51,940 nucleotides of DNA. Origin: Escherichia phage MLP1. Below the pieces are notes generated by a model. The model searched no databases. It was not told the DNA's origin and worked only from the letters and a program-made list of their open reading frames with translations. A program made the translations under genes and the position numbers. Location of the stretch: the sequence record NC_079176. One strand, written 5' to 3'. Below, piece by piece: positions 27,952-36,520 of this stretch (positions are counted from its first letter, which is position 1; every line of letters starts with the position of its first letter).

Positions 27952-28194
27952 ATGAATTATGCACTATATCAATATATCAATCGTGATGGTGTTGTTTCTC
28001 ATGCTTTGGTTAATACTAAAACCAGAGCAATAATGTTGGCAGACTTAATGTCTGGTGCATCAATTTACGAAAACAAGCTGGTGTGGAAGAATGCAGCGTA
28101 TCCTGAATACGTTTGGCAAGCAATCCAGAATGACAAACATCACAAAGTTGTGGCAACTGCCGCACATCCAGATTTCCTGAAAGTAAGAGGTTAA
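27952..28194 (+). CDS. hypothetical early protein
   Basis: ATG immediately after upstream stop; track start 27892 overlaps upstream gene. Confidence 0.4.
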   Translation: MNYALYQYINRDGVVSHALVNTKTRAIMLADLMSGASIYENKLVWKNAAYPEYVWQAIQNDKHHKVVATAAHPDFLKVRG

Positions 28195-28195
28195 C

Positions 28196-28384
28196 ATGGA
28201 CTTCATCGTCTACTTTAAGTTAAATGGTGTAGAGCAAAGTTTGTACTTCAATTCTTTACTTCGTTTGCAACAGTGGGCGGAGAAGTTTGTTGGTTATGAC
28301 TTTGATTACATCAACGCATGTACACCTGATGAACATGAGGAAATTGTGTTCAGTTCATTAAATCAGATTCTGGAGGCAAAATGA
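28196..28384 (+). CDS. hypothetical early protein
   Basis: 62-aa ORF, tight packing. Confidence 0.4.
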   Translation: MDFIVYFKLNGVEQSLYFNSLLRLQQWAEKFVGYDFDYINACTPDEHEEIVFSSLNQILEAK

Positions 28385-28554
28385 ACGACCAGCAATTCAA
28401 CACATTAATGCAGCAGATTAATCATCAAGAACTGATGAATGCCATCGAAGGCAAGAAGCCCGTCGAACGTAAATATCGTAAAATTGATAATTATATGCCA
28501 ACAATCATTGCATGTGTTGGTGTTGCCCTTGTTCTCTACTTCCTGGTGAAATAA
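28381..28554 (+). CDS. small membrane protein (57 aa, C-terminal transmembrane helix)
   Basis: ATGA overlap with upstream stop; IIACVGVALVLYFLV hydrophobic tail; below the ORF-track length cutoff. Confidence 0.35.
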   Translation: MNDQQFNTLMQQINHQELMNAIEGKKPVERKYRKIDNYMPTIIACVGVALVLYFLVK

Positions 28555-28641
28555 TGGATATCGTAAAGAAATTAGTATTCTGCATTTTAATGTTTCCTCT
28601 GGTGCTGCTCGTTATGGGCAGCTTCATGTACTTTAACTAAT
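28555..28641 (+). CDS. tiny hydrophobic peptide (28 aa)
   Basis: MDIVKKLVFCILMFPLVLLVMGSFMYFN; starts on upstream stop. Confidence 0.25.
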
Positions 28642-28656
28642 ACCTTAGGAGTTATT

Positions 28657-28920
28657 ATGGCTACCAAAACAGGCATGATGATTGTCCCAAGCCGTAATAA
28701 CTCTTTAAGCGGCTTTACACCGTATCGCATCTATCGTGTAATCTCAGGGACTGGCGAAGCGAATCTTTCAGAAGTTGCTTTGAAGCTAGGCAGGATGGTC
28801 CACTCCGACATTTCCTGTAACGTGCTCGACGATGAGGGAAAGATACGATTTGTTACAATGGATTTCTTCCGTGAATTTAAATTAGAATCTGAATTAGGAG
28901 TTTTGTACCATGAAATTTAA
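28657..28920 (+). CDS. hypothetical early protein
   Basis: 87-aa ORF with AGGAG ribosome-binding site. Confidence 0.4.
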   Translation: MATKTGMMIVPSRNNSLSGFTPYRIYRVISGTGEANLSEVALKLGRMVHSDISCNVLDDEGKIRFVTMDFFREFKLESELGVLYHEI

Positions 28921-29137
28921 ATGTGTTGCTTCCACCAAAGACTACGTTCCAGTTGGCCTAATCATCGAGGGTGAAGCTGTTTCACCTTTGGAATTTAAAG
29001 TTACCAAATCTGCTGAGGAGTTCTCTCCAGCATTTCGTAAAGGTGCTGTTGTTCCTATGAATGGTGCATTCTGGACATGGCAGCGTGACCATCGTGCAGA
29101 GTTTGCAGATATTTGTGGACAAGGTGTATTACAATGA
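28910..29137 (+). CDS. hypothetical early protein, paralogue A
   Basis: MKFKCVASTKDYVPVGLIIEGEAV resembles the next gene's N-terminus. Confidence 0.4.
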   Translation: MKFKCVASTKDYVPVGLIIEGEAVSPLEFKVTKSAEEFSPAFRKGAVVPMNGAFWTWQRDHRAEFADICGQGVLQ

Positions 29138-29364
29138 CAAAGTTTAAATGTGTAAAATCGTCTTCTTCATCTGAATACGCTCCGAAAGTTGGAGATGTGA
29201 TTGAAGGAGAACTAATCCACATACAGAGAAAACATGGAATAGACTCTCGAATAGTTATTTCGAATGTTGGAGACCGAATAGCTGTAAATGGAAGACCTTA
29301 TTGGAGCATTGGTGAAAAAGTTCCGCTAAAAGGTAGCATCTGGATTTGGAAAGAAGTCAAATAA
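29134..29364 (+). CDS. hypothetical early protein, paralogue B
   Basis: MTKFKCVKSSSSSEYAPKVGDVIEGELI; ATGA overlap; AAGGTG ribosome-binding site. Confidence 0.4.
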   Translation: MTKFKCVKSSSSSEYAPKVGDVIEGELIHIQRKHGIDSRIVISNVGDRIAVNGRPYWSIGEKVPLKGSIWIWKEVK

Positions 29365-29427
29365 TTTCCTCAACCATTCTTATAATGAGAGTGGTTGCTG
29401 AATATTATTAATTAACTTGGAGCATTT

Positions 29428-29715
29428 ATGAAACAACGTACTCGTTTACAACGTGACCCAGCCACAGGTCGCTTGTTGCCAGCATACTTGAAAGTTGGTG
29501 ACTTAGTTTACACTCGCGACTTTGCTTTTGATATTTGCCCAAGCAAAGTTTATGTAGTTCTTGCCACCAGCCTATCAAAGCCCAAAGTGCTGTTTGGTGC
29601 ACTTGAGCCAATTCAGTTGACCGGAACTCAATTTGTAATTAAAGATGAATCTGGTTGTAACCGTATCTTCAATCTCGAAGGTGGTTTGTCTAAATGGGAG
29701 AAAATTAAGCAATGA
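29428..29715 (+). CDS. hypothetical early protein
   Basis: 95-aa ORF with GGAG ribosome-binding site. Confidence 0.4.
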   Translation: MKQRTRLQRDPATGRLLPAYLKVGDLVYTRDFAFDICPSKVYVVLATSLSKPKVLFGALEPIQLTGTQFVIKDESGCNRIFNLEGGLSKWEKIKQ

Positions 29716-29999
29716 ACAAGAATTCGATTTTACGTTATGTTGGTGAAACCAATCACTACTTCACCAAAGGTAAGAAATACAAAGTCGTCGCTGGTCGTGG
29801 TGACGGTGTTCCCCGCAACAATGGTACACTCGGTGCGTATATTCAATCTCATTTGGGTTTTGTCGTTAATGATGATAACCTCAATTTATCTTATCGTACA
29901 TTCTCCAATTTGTGGGAGCTTGTGAAAGATTCTGGCGAAGTAAGCTGGTATAAGCCTGAATCAAATATGGACCCAATTCCTATTTCAAAGGTGATGTGA
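29712..29999 (+). CDS. hypothetical early protein
   Basis: ATGA overlap. Confidence 0.4.
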   Translation: MNKNSILRYVGETNHYFTKGKKYKVVAGRGDGVPRNNGTLGAYIQSHLGFVVNDDNLNLSYRTFSNLWELVKDSGEVSWYKPESNMDPIPISKVM

Positions 30000-30002
30000 G
30001 GA

Positions 30003-30107
30003 TTGAATATTAAATACCTAATACTGACACTTACTATTAGCGTTGCTATACTTACGATTGTTATAGGCTTTGCCAACCTGCTGCTATTACAAGCAGGAAT
30101 ATAAACT
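30003..30107 (+). CDS. possible tiny membrane peptide (34 aa, TTG start)
   Basis: Hydrophobic LILTLTISVAILTIVIGFANLLLL; non-ATG start, weak support. Confidence 0.2.
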
Positions 30108-30158
30108 GGCGCGTTAAATTAACAAGGAGCATTCATTGAGTGTTCCTGATTAATTCAA

Positions 30159-30175
30159 CATTAGTTGGATGTGAG
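30159..30175 (+). promoter_or_regulatory. 17-bp motif copy CATTAGTTGGATGTGAg
   Basis: 75 bp upstream of the SSB-tail gene. Confidence 0.4.
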
Positions 30176-30249
30176 AGAGACAAAGCTATTCCGTGGTTAG
30201 CAATGTCGCTGAAACTTAAACCGTAAATTAACTTAAGAGAATCTTAATC

Positions 30250-30627
30250 ATGGCACAATATTCAGACGTAAACACTGGCATCATCGGTTCCAATGGCTTC
30301 AAGAAAGACCCAAAACATCCTGACGTTCGTGGACGTATTAACGTTGACGGAATCTGGTATTGGGTGTCTGGTTGGAACAAGCAAGCCAATGGTAATGAAT
30401 TTACCTCGCTGGCACTCACCATCATGACTCAAGAACAGGTCGATGAAATGTTGCGTAAGCGTGAAGAGAAAGCTAAAGCCAAAGCTCAACCTCAAGCCGC
30501 AGCTCAACAGCACCAGCAAACTCAGCAACCTACTGCACAACAGCAAGCACCTGCCCAGCAACAGCCTCAGAGCAGTAACTATAATCCGAACGAGCCGAAA
30601 GACTTCGACGACGATATTCCATTCTAA
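30250..30627 (+). CDS. small protein with the host SSB C-terminal tail (ends DFDDDIPF)
   Basis: Last 8 residues match the E. coli SSB C-terminal tip; preceded by a Gln/Ala/Pro-rich low-complexity linker and a 70-aa Trp/Gly-rich N-terminal domain. Confidence 0.6.
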   Translation: MAQYSDVNTGIIGSNGFKKDPKHPDVRGRINVDGIWYWVSGWNKQANGNEFTSLALTIMTQEQVDEMLRKREEKAKAKAQPQAAAQQHQQTQQPTAQQQAPAQQQPQSSNYNPNEPKDFDDDIPF

Positions 30628-30640
30628 TTGGAGATGCCCT

Positions 30641-30760
30641 ATGAAAATTTTATGTTTTATAGGGCTACATAATTGGGAGATTTCTCATACAAACGATTAT
30701 GTAACCTTTTGGGTGTGTAAGCACTGTTCAGTAATGCGTGAGGAATATCATGGCAATTAG
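30641..30760 (+). CDS. small Cys/His-containing protein (39 aa)
   Basis: LCF..H..H....CKHC; below ORF-track cutoff. Confidence 0.25.
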   Translation: MKILCFIGLHNWEISHTNDYVTFWVCKHCSVMREEYHGN

Positions 30761-31655
30761 TGTTATCGAAATACCTGCAAATTTGGTCAAAACTGGCGAT
30801 GTTGTATTTCATGATGGCAGAGGGTATCCGATTGTCCACATCAACAGACTTAGTGATGTAGTTCAGCTACAACACTCTGGCGGATTCTTTAATTTTGAGT
30901 TGGGCCGTATAGTCAGAATATTAGACAAACGTCCCACTACAGAATCTTTTACAAAGCCTACCACAACCCGTGCAGTATTGGCGCATGAAGTACGACCTGG
31001 GAACATCTTATCTTACGGAATCAGATTCTTTGAGATAAAGGAAGTTAAAGACCTTGGGGAAATACCTGAAAATGTGGTTCGATTAACCCATGTAACAGGA
31101 TACTTTGACTTTTCACCCAACCGCATAGTCCACATTGTTAATACGCCACCAGCACAGGAAACTCCTACGGTGAAGTTCGATACTCAGATAAAGCCAGTAT
31201 TCCTTCCATATGAGGAAGCAGTGAAACCATTCTCAGATGAAGAGGATGTTAAAGGTGCTGATGTGGAAGTTGGTGATGTTATCTGGTTTAAGGGTAATTG
31301 GGCAACTGTTACAAATGTGTACAAGCACCCAAACTCACCATACAATAAAGTCAATATCGAACACGGCGACGTAAAAGGTTTGCAAGTACGTCTGGTATTA
31401 ACTGGAACTTATTCAAGAAAGGTAAGAGCAGTAATGGAAACTTTAAATATCCAAAATGCAATCGAAGCACAACGTATTCTTCTGCAAAAGCTAGAGCAAA
31501 TGCTTGACTTACAGCAACTTGCACCAACAGCAGATGGCAAGATTGCAATCGGCAACTGTAACATTCGCGTGGACAAGGCATCAATCGTTAAAGCCGCACG
31601 GGATGAAATGAAAGTTGCCGCAAGCAAATCCGCAGAGCTTATTAAGAAGCTGTAA
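30750..31655 (+). CDS. hypothetical protein (about 301 aa)
   Basis: ATG 30750 with GAGGAA ribosome-binding site; track start is GTG 30738. Confidence 0.45.
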   Translation: MAISVIEIPANLVKTGDVVFHDGRGYPIVHINRLSDVVQLQHSGGFFNFELGRIVRILDKRPTTESFTKPTTTRAVLAHEVRPGNILSYGIRFFEIKEVKDLGEIPENVVRLTHVTGYFDFSPNRIVHIVNTPPAQETPTVKFDTQIKPVFLPYEEAVKPFSDEEDVKGADVEVGDVIWFKGNWATVTNVYKHPNSPYNKVNIEHGDVKGLQVRLVLTGTYSRKVRAVMETLNIQNAIEAQRILLQKLEQMLDLQQLAPTADGKIAIGNCNIRVDKASIVKAARDEMKVAASKSAELIKKL

Positions 31656-31699
31656 TTAACAGAGGTCATTCCACTTCGAGTGGCCTCGATTAATTATTA

Positions 31700-31709
31700 G
31701 GGGGGGGGG
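31700..31709 (+). repeat. poly-G tract (G10) in the Shine-Dalgarno position of the next gene
   Basis: Counted directly; 4 nt upstream of ATG 31714. Confidence 0.6.
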
Positions 31710-31713
31710 AATT

Positions 31714-31935
31714 ATGGCAAGTTATTATGCGACAATGCTTACACGAGATTTGAAAGGTGAGTTGAGCGATGCTTGTGGTAGCTTTGGAAATATAGCTATC
31801 GACGGAAGACTGACTTTGCAAAATGCTATTTCAGTTGCTAGAGAAAGTCTTTCAAAAGAGAGTGGATACGAGGGATTTAAAATAGAACTCTTATCCAGAC
31901 CTTGGGCATATAGAAATCCACTTGTAACGAAGTAG
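31714..31935 (+). CDS. hypothetical protein
   Basis: 73-aa ORF. Confidence 0.35.
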   Translation: MASYYATMLTRDLKGELSDACGSFGNIAIDGRLTLQNAISVARESLSKESGYEGFKIELLSRPWAYRNPLVTK

Positions 31936-31937
31936 TC

Positions 31938-32288
31938 ATGAAAACTTTATACATTGCACTAACAATTTTGTTTGGAGTATTCGCATTCAAATCAGAAGCA
32001 TCTGTTCGCAGCTTCCAGTGTGGCGGGTACAAAATGTCCGTTGAAACAATTACAATGAGCCAGCCGCTCATTGCAACAATTTCTTTGCACGAAGGTACTT
32101 GGATTGAGATTCCAGATAACGGAAACCCCAACCCAATGTCAACAGTGTTTTACAATACACAGAGCAGTAAGCTGGCCTTAGTTGGTGTTGACGCTGAGGA
32201 ACGTTTGGTGCTGCAGATTTACCGTGACATTGACTTCTTTCATGCCAAATTTCCATTGTTATCAACCTATTGTAAGGAAGTTAAATGA
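31938..32288 (+). CDS. secreted/periplasmic hypothetical protein
   Basis: N-terminal signal-like MKTLYIALTILFGVFAFKSEASV. Confidence 0.4.
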   Translation: MKTLYIALTILFGVFAFKSEASVRSFQCGGYKMSVETITMSQPLIATISLHEGTWIEIPDNGNPNPMSTVFYNTQSSKLALVGVDAEERLVLQIYRDIDFFHAKFPLLSTYCKEVK

Positions 32289-32518
32289 CGTCATCCGAAT
32301 TTACCATTGATGGGGTTCAATACCTGCTGGAATCCAATTGCGAGTATCGCCATTGGGCAGTAATTCACGACCGAGTTGTAAAATACTTGGAACGTGTGGG
32401 GAAGGAAACTGCTAAACCTATGTTGTTTGAGGCAACAGTTATTGGAACAACCTCAATCAATAAGGAGTTAGTATCCTTCAAATTAACCATTCACCCTAGT
32501 GGGAATAGCTTTCAATGA
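32285..32518 (+). CDS. hypothetical protein
   Basis: ATGA overlap. Confidence 0.35.
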   Translation: MTSSEFTIDGVQYLLESNCEYRHWAVIHDRVVKYLERVGKETAKPMLFEATVIGTTSINKELVSFKLTIHPSGNSFQ

Positions 32519-32790
32519 TTTCAATTGACCAAGTTCCAGTTGAGTTGAGTAAGGCAAAAGGTAAGTTGGACAATGCCAAATCCGACTTGTCGACCTTTGA
32601 TTTAAATGCTCCAGCCGATAAAGTTAAAGTTTTCATCGACTGTATTGACGGATGGGTGCTTATTGAGCATGGAGTCCTTCGAGCATTACTTGTTGATGAA
32701 GTTGCCAAGGCTCAGAAAGCATTTGATGAACTTGATAACCTCAACACACTGTTAAACAATACTTTAAACGATGCGTTAAAGGGTAAATAA
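32515..32790 (+). CDS. hypothetical protein
   Basis: ATGA overlap; helical and charged. Confidence 0.35.
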   Translation: MISIDQVPVELSKAKGKLDNAKSDLSTFDLNAPADKVKVFIDCIDGWVLIEHGVLRALLVDEVAKAQKAFDELDNLNTLLNNTLNDALKGK

Positions 32791-33185
32791 TGAATGTTAA
32801 GCTCGGTCAACGTTCTTTAGACCGACTTAAGGGAGTAAATCCTTCATTAGTTGCAGTTTTCAAACGGGCATGTGAAACCATGCCTTTTGATGTAACTGTT
32901 TTGGAAGGTTTACGCTCTTATGAACGTCAACAAGAACTGTTAAAGCAGGGTGCAACCAAAGTTTCTGTTAGCCGACACATGTCAGGCAACGCTTTGGACA
33001 TTGCACCATATCCAATTGACTGGAATGACCTTGAACGATTCCAAATTGTGGCTGAACACATGTTCAAAGCCGCAGAAGAGCTTGGAATTACTATTCGTTG
33101 GGGTGGAACATGGGAACGTTCATTCACTAAGCCAGTGAAATGGGCTAAATTCCTTGACGCACCTCATTTCGAACTTCCAGCATAA
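32790..33185 (+). CDS. peptidase M15 endolysin (L-alanyl-D-glutamate peptidase, T5-type)
   Basis: SRHMSGNALDIAPYPIDWNDLERF and GITIRWGGTW align with T5 endolysin GDAIDFAPYINGKIDWNDLEAF and GIKLRFGADW. Confidence 0.7.
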   Translation: MNVKLGQRSLDRLKGVNPSLVAVFKRACETMPFDVTVLEGLRSYERQQELLKQGATKVSVSRHMSGNALDIAPYPIDWNDLERFQIVAEHMFKAAEELGITIRWGGTWERSFTKPVKWAKFLDAPHFELPA

Positions 33186-33205
33186 CTTCATCAATGGAGC
33201 ATCCG

Positions 33206-33484
33206 ATGGAATATCAGGAAATACCGAAAGAATTAGAGCGTATGCAGGAGCGTACGTCTCGTGCAGAGGCAGAACTCCACCAACATTTGTCAAATCATGT
33301 GCAAGATTCCCGTAGTCTGAGACACGAAATTGAGGTTGGCAGATGCTGCTATCTAGTAACATATGAAGAGAAGACCGCCATCCTGGACATACTAGTAAAG
33401 GGCGGGAAAGGGCGAATCGAACAGCTCAAAATCCTTAATATGGAACTTCAAGGTATGTGGGAGAAACTCAATGCAAAACGATAA
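33206..33484 (+). CDS. hypothetical protein
   Basis: ATG 33206 has GGAG ribosome-binding site (track start 33194 lacks one). Confidence 0.35.
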   Translation: MEYQEIPKELERMQERTSRAEAELHQHLSNHVQDSRSLRHEIEVGRCCYLVTYEEKTAILDILVKGGKGRIEQLKILNMELQGMWEKLNAKR

Positions 33485-34019
33485 CATTACTAAAGCAGTG
33501 GAACAACTTAAGTCCTGGCGTAGAGATGAAACATTATTGGTTCGTTTCTACACAGGCGAAACTAATTCTGAATTTGAAGATGCGTGGATTGATGGTCTGG
33601 CATGGCGGCTCTATGACTTCAACATGTCAGAATATTTGCACGAAGAATATGGCATCGAGTACCCAGAAACAGGGACTTATGACATTCTCGAATCAAACGA
33701 AGAAGATGTTACAGAAATTTGCTTTGTTGATGGACTGTTCAGCATTCGCAGATATGACAAGTTCAACGAACTGCTTACTGACACTGACTTGGATATAATT
33801 CTTGCTGCATTCCGTAGCGATGAAATTGACATTTTCACTGTTGACGACTTGAACGACATGTTCATCACACGTTGCGACTCAATTGCAGACTATTTCAAGC
33901 AAAGTGAAGCACTGGATATTCCAGACCGCCTTGCACCATACATTGATTGGGAAGCAATTGTGAAAGACTTCGGCAGTGACTACATCTTCTCCGAAGGAGT
34001 ATTGTTCTTAAATGTGTGA
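33471..34019 (+). CDS. ardA: ArdA-like antirestriction protein (acidic DNA mimic), tentative
   Basis: Strongly acidic 182-aa protein; C-terminal YIDWEAIVKDFGSDYIFSEGVLF resembles the ArdA C-terminal block as recalled from memory. Confidence 0.45.
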   Translation: MQNDNITKAVEQLKSWRRDETLLVRFYTGETNSEFEDAWIDGLAWRLYDFNMSEYLHEEYGIEYPETGTYDILESNEEDVTEICFVDGLFSIRRYDKFNELLTDTDLDIILAAFRSDEIDIFTVDDLNDMFITRCDSIADYFKQSEALDIPDRLAPYIDWEAIVKDFGSDYIFSEGVLFLNV

Positions 34020-34248
34020 TTTAAATATTAACTCGGTCAAGCCAGAAGATATTCTCTTCCACCAGCCACGCGGCCACTACTATCGAATCCTGTTTGCTAC
34101 AAAGATTAAAACTCACTGCGGTCAGTGGGTAGATGGTTTTGCTTACCAGGAAGTTAAGAAGTATGGAAATCATACTTTCTTTGGTGTTGATTCGATAATT
34201 TATTCAAGACCAAAGGAACTGTTTGACTCAGATTGGAAAACACTATAG
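34012..34248 (+). CDS. hypothetical protein
   Basis: 78-aa ORF overlapping upstream stop. Confidence 0.35.
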   Translation: MCDLNINSVKPEDILFHQPRGHYYRILFATKIKTHCGQWVDGFAYQEVKKYGNHTFFGVDSIIYSRPKELFDSDWKTL

Positions 34249-34318
34249 TTCCAGGCGGGTTTCTTCGAAGTGCCAAGCGGGTTTTGTACTCGCATTGGCC
34301 TTCGGCTTTAGTCTGAAA

Positions 34319-34334
34319 CATTAGTGGGATTTGA
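34319..34334 (+). promoter_or_regulatory. diverged 17-bp motif copy (CATTAGTgGGATtTGA)
   Basis: Shares TCTGAAACATTAGT upstream context with the 34463 copy. Confidence 0.3.
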
Positions 34335-34462
34335 TTCTGACCTCTTAGGGAAGAAAGGCATTATACACCTATCGCCAAATGGGTGTCAAGAACTTTCTTC
34401 ATTTATTTTAATTTATTCTTATTATTATTCTTTTTGTTTGGAATATTGGAATAATTCTGAAA

Positions 34463-34479
34463 CATTAGTTGGAATTGAA
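34463..34479 (+). promoter_or_regulatory. 17-bp motif copy CATTAGTTGGAaTTGAA
   Basis: Lies in an 860-bp ORF-poor gap, about 630 nt upstream of the next gene. Confidence 0.35.
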
Positions 34480-35112
34480 GAAACAACATCATGTAAGCAA
34501 ATTGACTTCGTGTAGAAATCTACACTGGATTACAGGTTCGATGCCTGTGGGAAGTTAGTTTGCTTTCAGATGGAATGTTTCCATCAAATACACTTATCTT
34601 TTAACATAGGCCAAAGGGCCAGAATACTTCTTCGCAGAAGCTATCCACTTGTTATAGGTCAATGTATTGGGATGAATTGGTACTGAATAAGCAAGCTGTT
34701 AGGGCTGAATAATTAGAGGGTTATGCCTCATGCTTATGTTAGTCATTCGAAAATAGGTTTGTGCCACAAGCCGCTGGTGCTCCGAGAAAGTCGGACAAAC
34801 AGGGCTTAGAGTGGCATATTCCACACAAAACCGAGCCACCAGCTACGCCAACGCTGGGATTTGGGTGAATGTATTGGGGGAGGATTATAAAGCCTCTGTG
34901 GACTGTATGTGAATCCTAAGCACCAGTTGCCGAAGGGCTACAGGACGCACCCTAACGGGAATAATCCTCCACCAATGCAGTTATCCAGAATTGACACAAA
35001 CGGTAGGCAGCGGCCCGATTTTCGGCCTTCCTGCGCTACTCTGTGGCCTGTTTCATGGCCAAAAGATGAGAAGAGAAGTCACAAACACTGAATCGAAAAT
35101 TGGAGAGTTCCT

Positions 35113-35433
35113 ATGATTCGCAAGCATTCTGCTAAAGTTTTGACATTAAGAAATGTATTAACGTCCGTTCTAAGTGGGGAAGGTGAGGAAGAAACAATCC
35201 ACTTCGTCCTTGTTGGTGGACTTTGGTACTACAACGGCACCAACGACTTTACAGTAGGAATTTCGGAGAAAGATGGGTTCTGGAAGCACACTTTCAAAGA
35301 CATACTCGAAAGCAGTGCTAAATACACACTTGGGGAAGTTAAGAAATACTTCTACCTCGGGCCAAACAAGTCCATGCAAATTGCAACTCGCGAGTGGACA
35401 ACTAACCAAGAAGTTTACGGAGTCCCATTTTGA
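35113..35433 (+). CDS. hypothetical protein
   Basis: GGAG ribosome-binding site. Confidence 0.4.
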   Translation: MIRKHSAKVLTLRNVLTSVLSGEGEEETIHFVLVGGLWYYNGTNDFTVGISEKDGFWKHTFKDILESSAKYTLGEVKKYFYLGPNKSMQIATREWTTNQEVYGVPF

Positions 35434-35720
35434 ACTTACAAGACAAATCCAAAGAAGAGTTGATTGAGATTATCCAGAAAGAGCACGAACTCGCTGGCAT
35501 CACAATTAACTTTGAACTCCAGGCAATGCAAGCTGTTGCTTTGGGTCATGGCCTAATGGCTACACTCATTCATGCCAAGAATGTGTTAGGCGTTAACGAC
35601 GAAAAATACCAAATTCTGGAGAAAGCTGCGCAAGAGCGGATTTCGCAGTGCTTGGTTACATTAGTTGATTTGGGAATCGACGCAGAAACTGCGAACAAAC
35701 GTATCCTACAAGGCCACTAA
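35430..35720 (+). CDS. hypothetical protein (TTG start overlapping upstream stop)
   Basis: tTGA overlap, same coupling pattern as at 4401. Confidence 0.3.
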   Translation: MNLQDKSKEELIEIIQKEHELAGITINFELQAMQAVALGHGLMATLIHAKNVLGVNDEKYQILEKAAQERISQCLVTLVDLGIDAETANKRILQGH

Positions 35721-35721
35721 A

Positions 35722-36396
35722 ATGTCTTATCATGATGATGACAAAGAGATTGCACTATCAACGTGCAAGCAATGGCTCAATGATAATGATGCCGTCTATC
35801 TTGCCAAGGAAGATGTTATCATTATGTGGGTCCATTTTAATCCAGAATCGAAGCGCGGTGAGTGGCAACGTTACAAGATGAAAGAGGCTTGTCGCATAAT
35901 TAAAGCCACACGCGCTGGCTTCTCTGCTATGAAATATATCAAGCCAGAGATGCTGATGCTTGCTGCACAGGAAGAAGAACGTGCATATAAGCAAGCTGTT
36001 AAATCCCGTTCAACTGTTCCTCCAGAGTTCTTTAATTTGGAGCGCGCTGGTCACTTCAACAATTTAGAAATGTTGACACTGTGCCTGTTGCAAGAATTAG
36101 TTGGAAGAGGACAAAACATTGAAGCTGTTTGCCTTGGGGAACTCATGAAAGAGTTGTTCTTGACAAAGGGCTTTGCTGTACCAAACCGAACTTTACGCTG
36201 GAAATTGTTGCGAGCAGTCGCGCAAGAAGCTGGTGTAGTTGTTCGTGACAGAACCAACCGACTTACCATTACGGGAGTTGGGCGTTTTGTAGCAATCCAG
36301 ATTGAGGGTTATGACGAATCAATCATCACTGAACTCACTGTCGCTGAGACAAAGGATTTGGTAATCAAAACAATCGAACGATTCAATATGTATTGA
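35722..36396 (+). CDS. hypothetical protein (224 aa)
   Basis: ATG directly after upstream stop; track start 35665 overlaps upstream gene. Confidence 0.4.
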   Translation: MSYHDDDKEIALSTCKQWLNDNDAVYLAKEDVIIMWVHFNPESKRGEWQRYKMKEACRIIKATRAGFSAMKYIKPEMLMLAAQEEERAYKQAVKSRSTVPPEFFNLERAGHFNNLEMLTLCLLQELVGRGQNIEAVCLGELMKELFLTKGFAVPNRTLRWKLLRAVAQEAGVVVRDRTNRLTITGVGRFVAIQIEGYDESIITELTVAETKDLVIKTIERFNMY

Positions 36397-36426
36397 GTCG
36401 TTTGTTAAATCAGAGCAGTCCTGACA

Positions 36427-36443
36427 CATTAATTGGATGTGAA
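36427..36443 (+). promoter_or_regulatory. 17-bp motif copy CATTAaTTGGATGTGAA
   Basis: 78 bp upstream of ATG 36521. Confidence 0.4.
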
Positions 36444-36520
36444 AAGAGAAAGGCTCTTTAATTTTATCTACAGTCACGTCACCGTGGCGTGCAAAACTAT
36501 TTAATATAAGGTATATACAA

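Noticed and set aside
34531-34556. T-arm-like hairpin ACAGG-TTCGATG-CCTGT, considered as a second tRNA
   Set aside because: No complementary 5' acceptor strand at the required distance and no D or anticodon arm could be built
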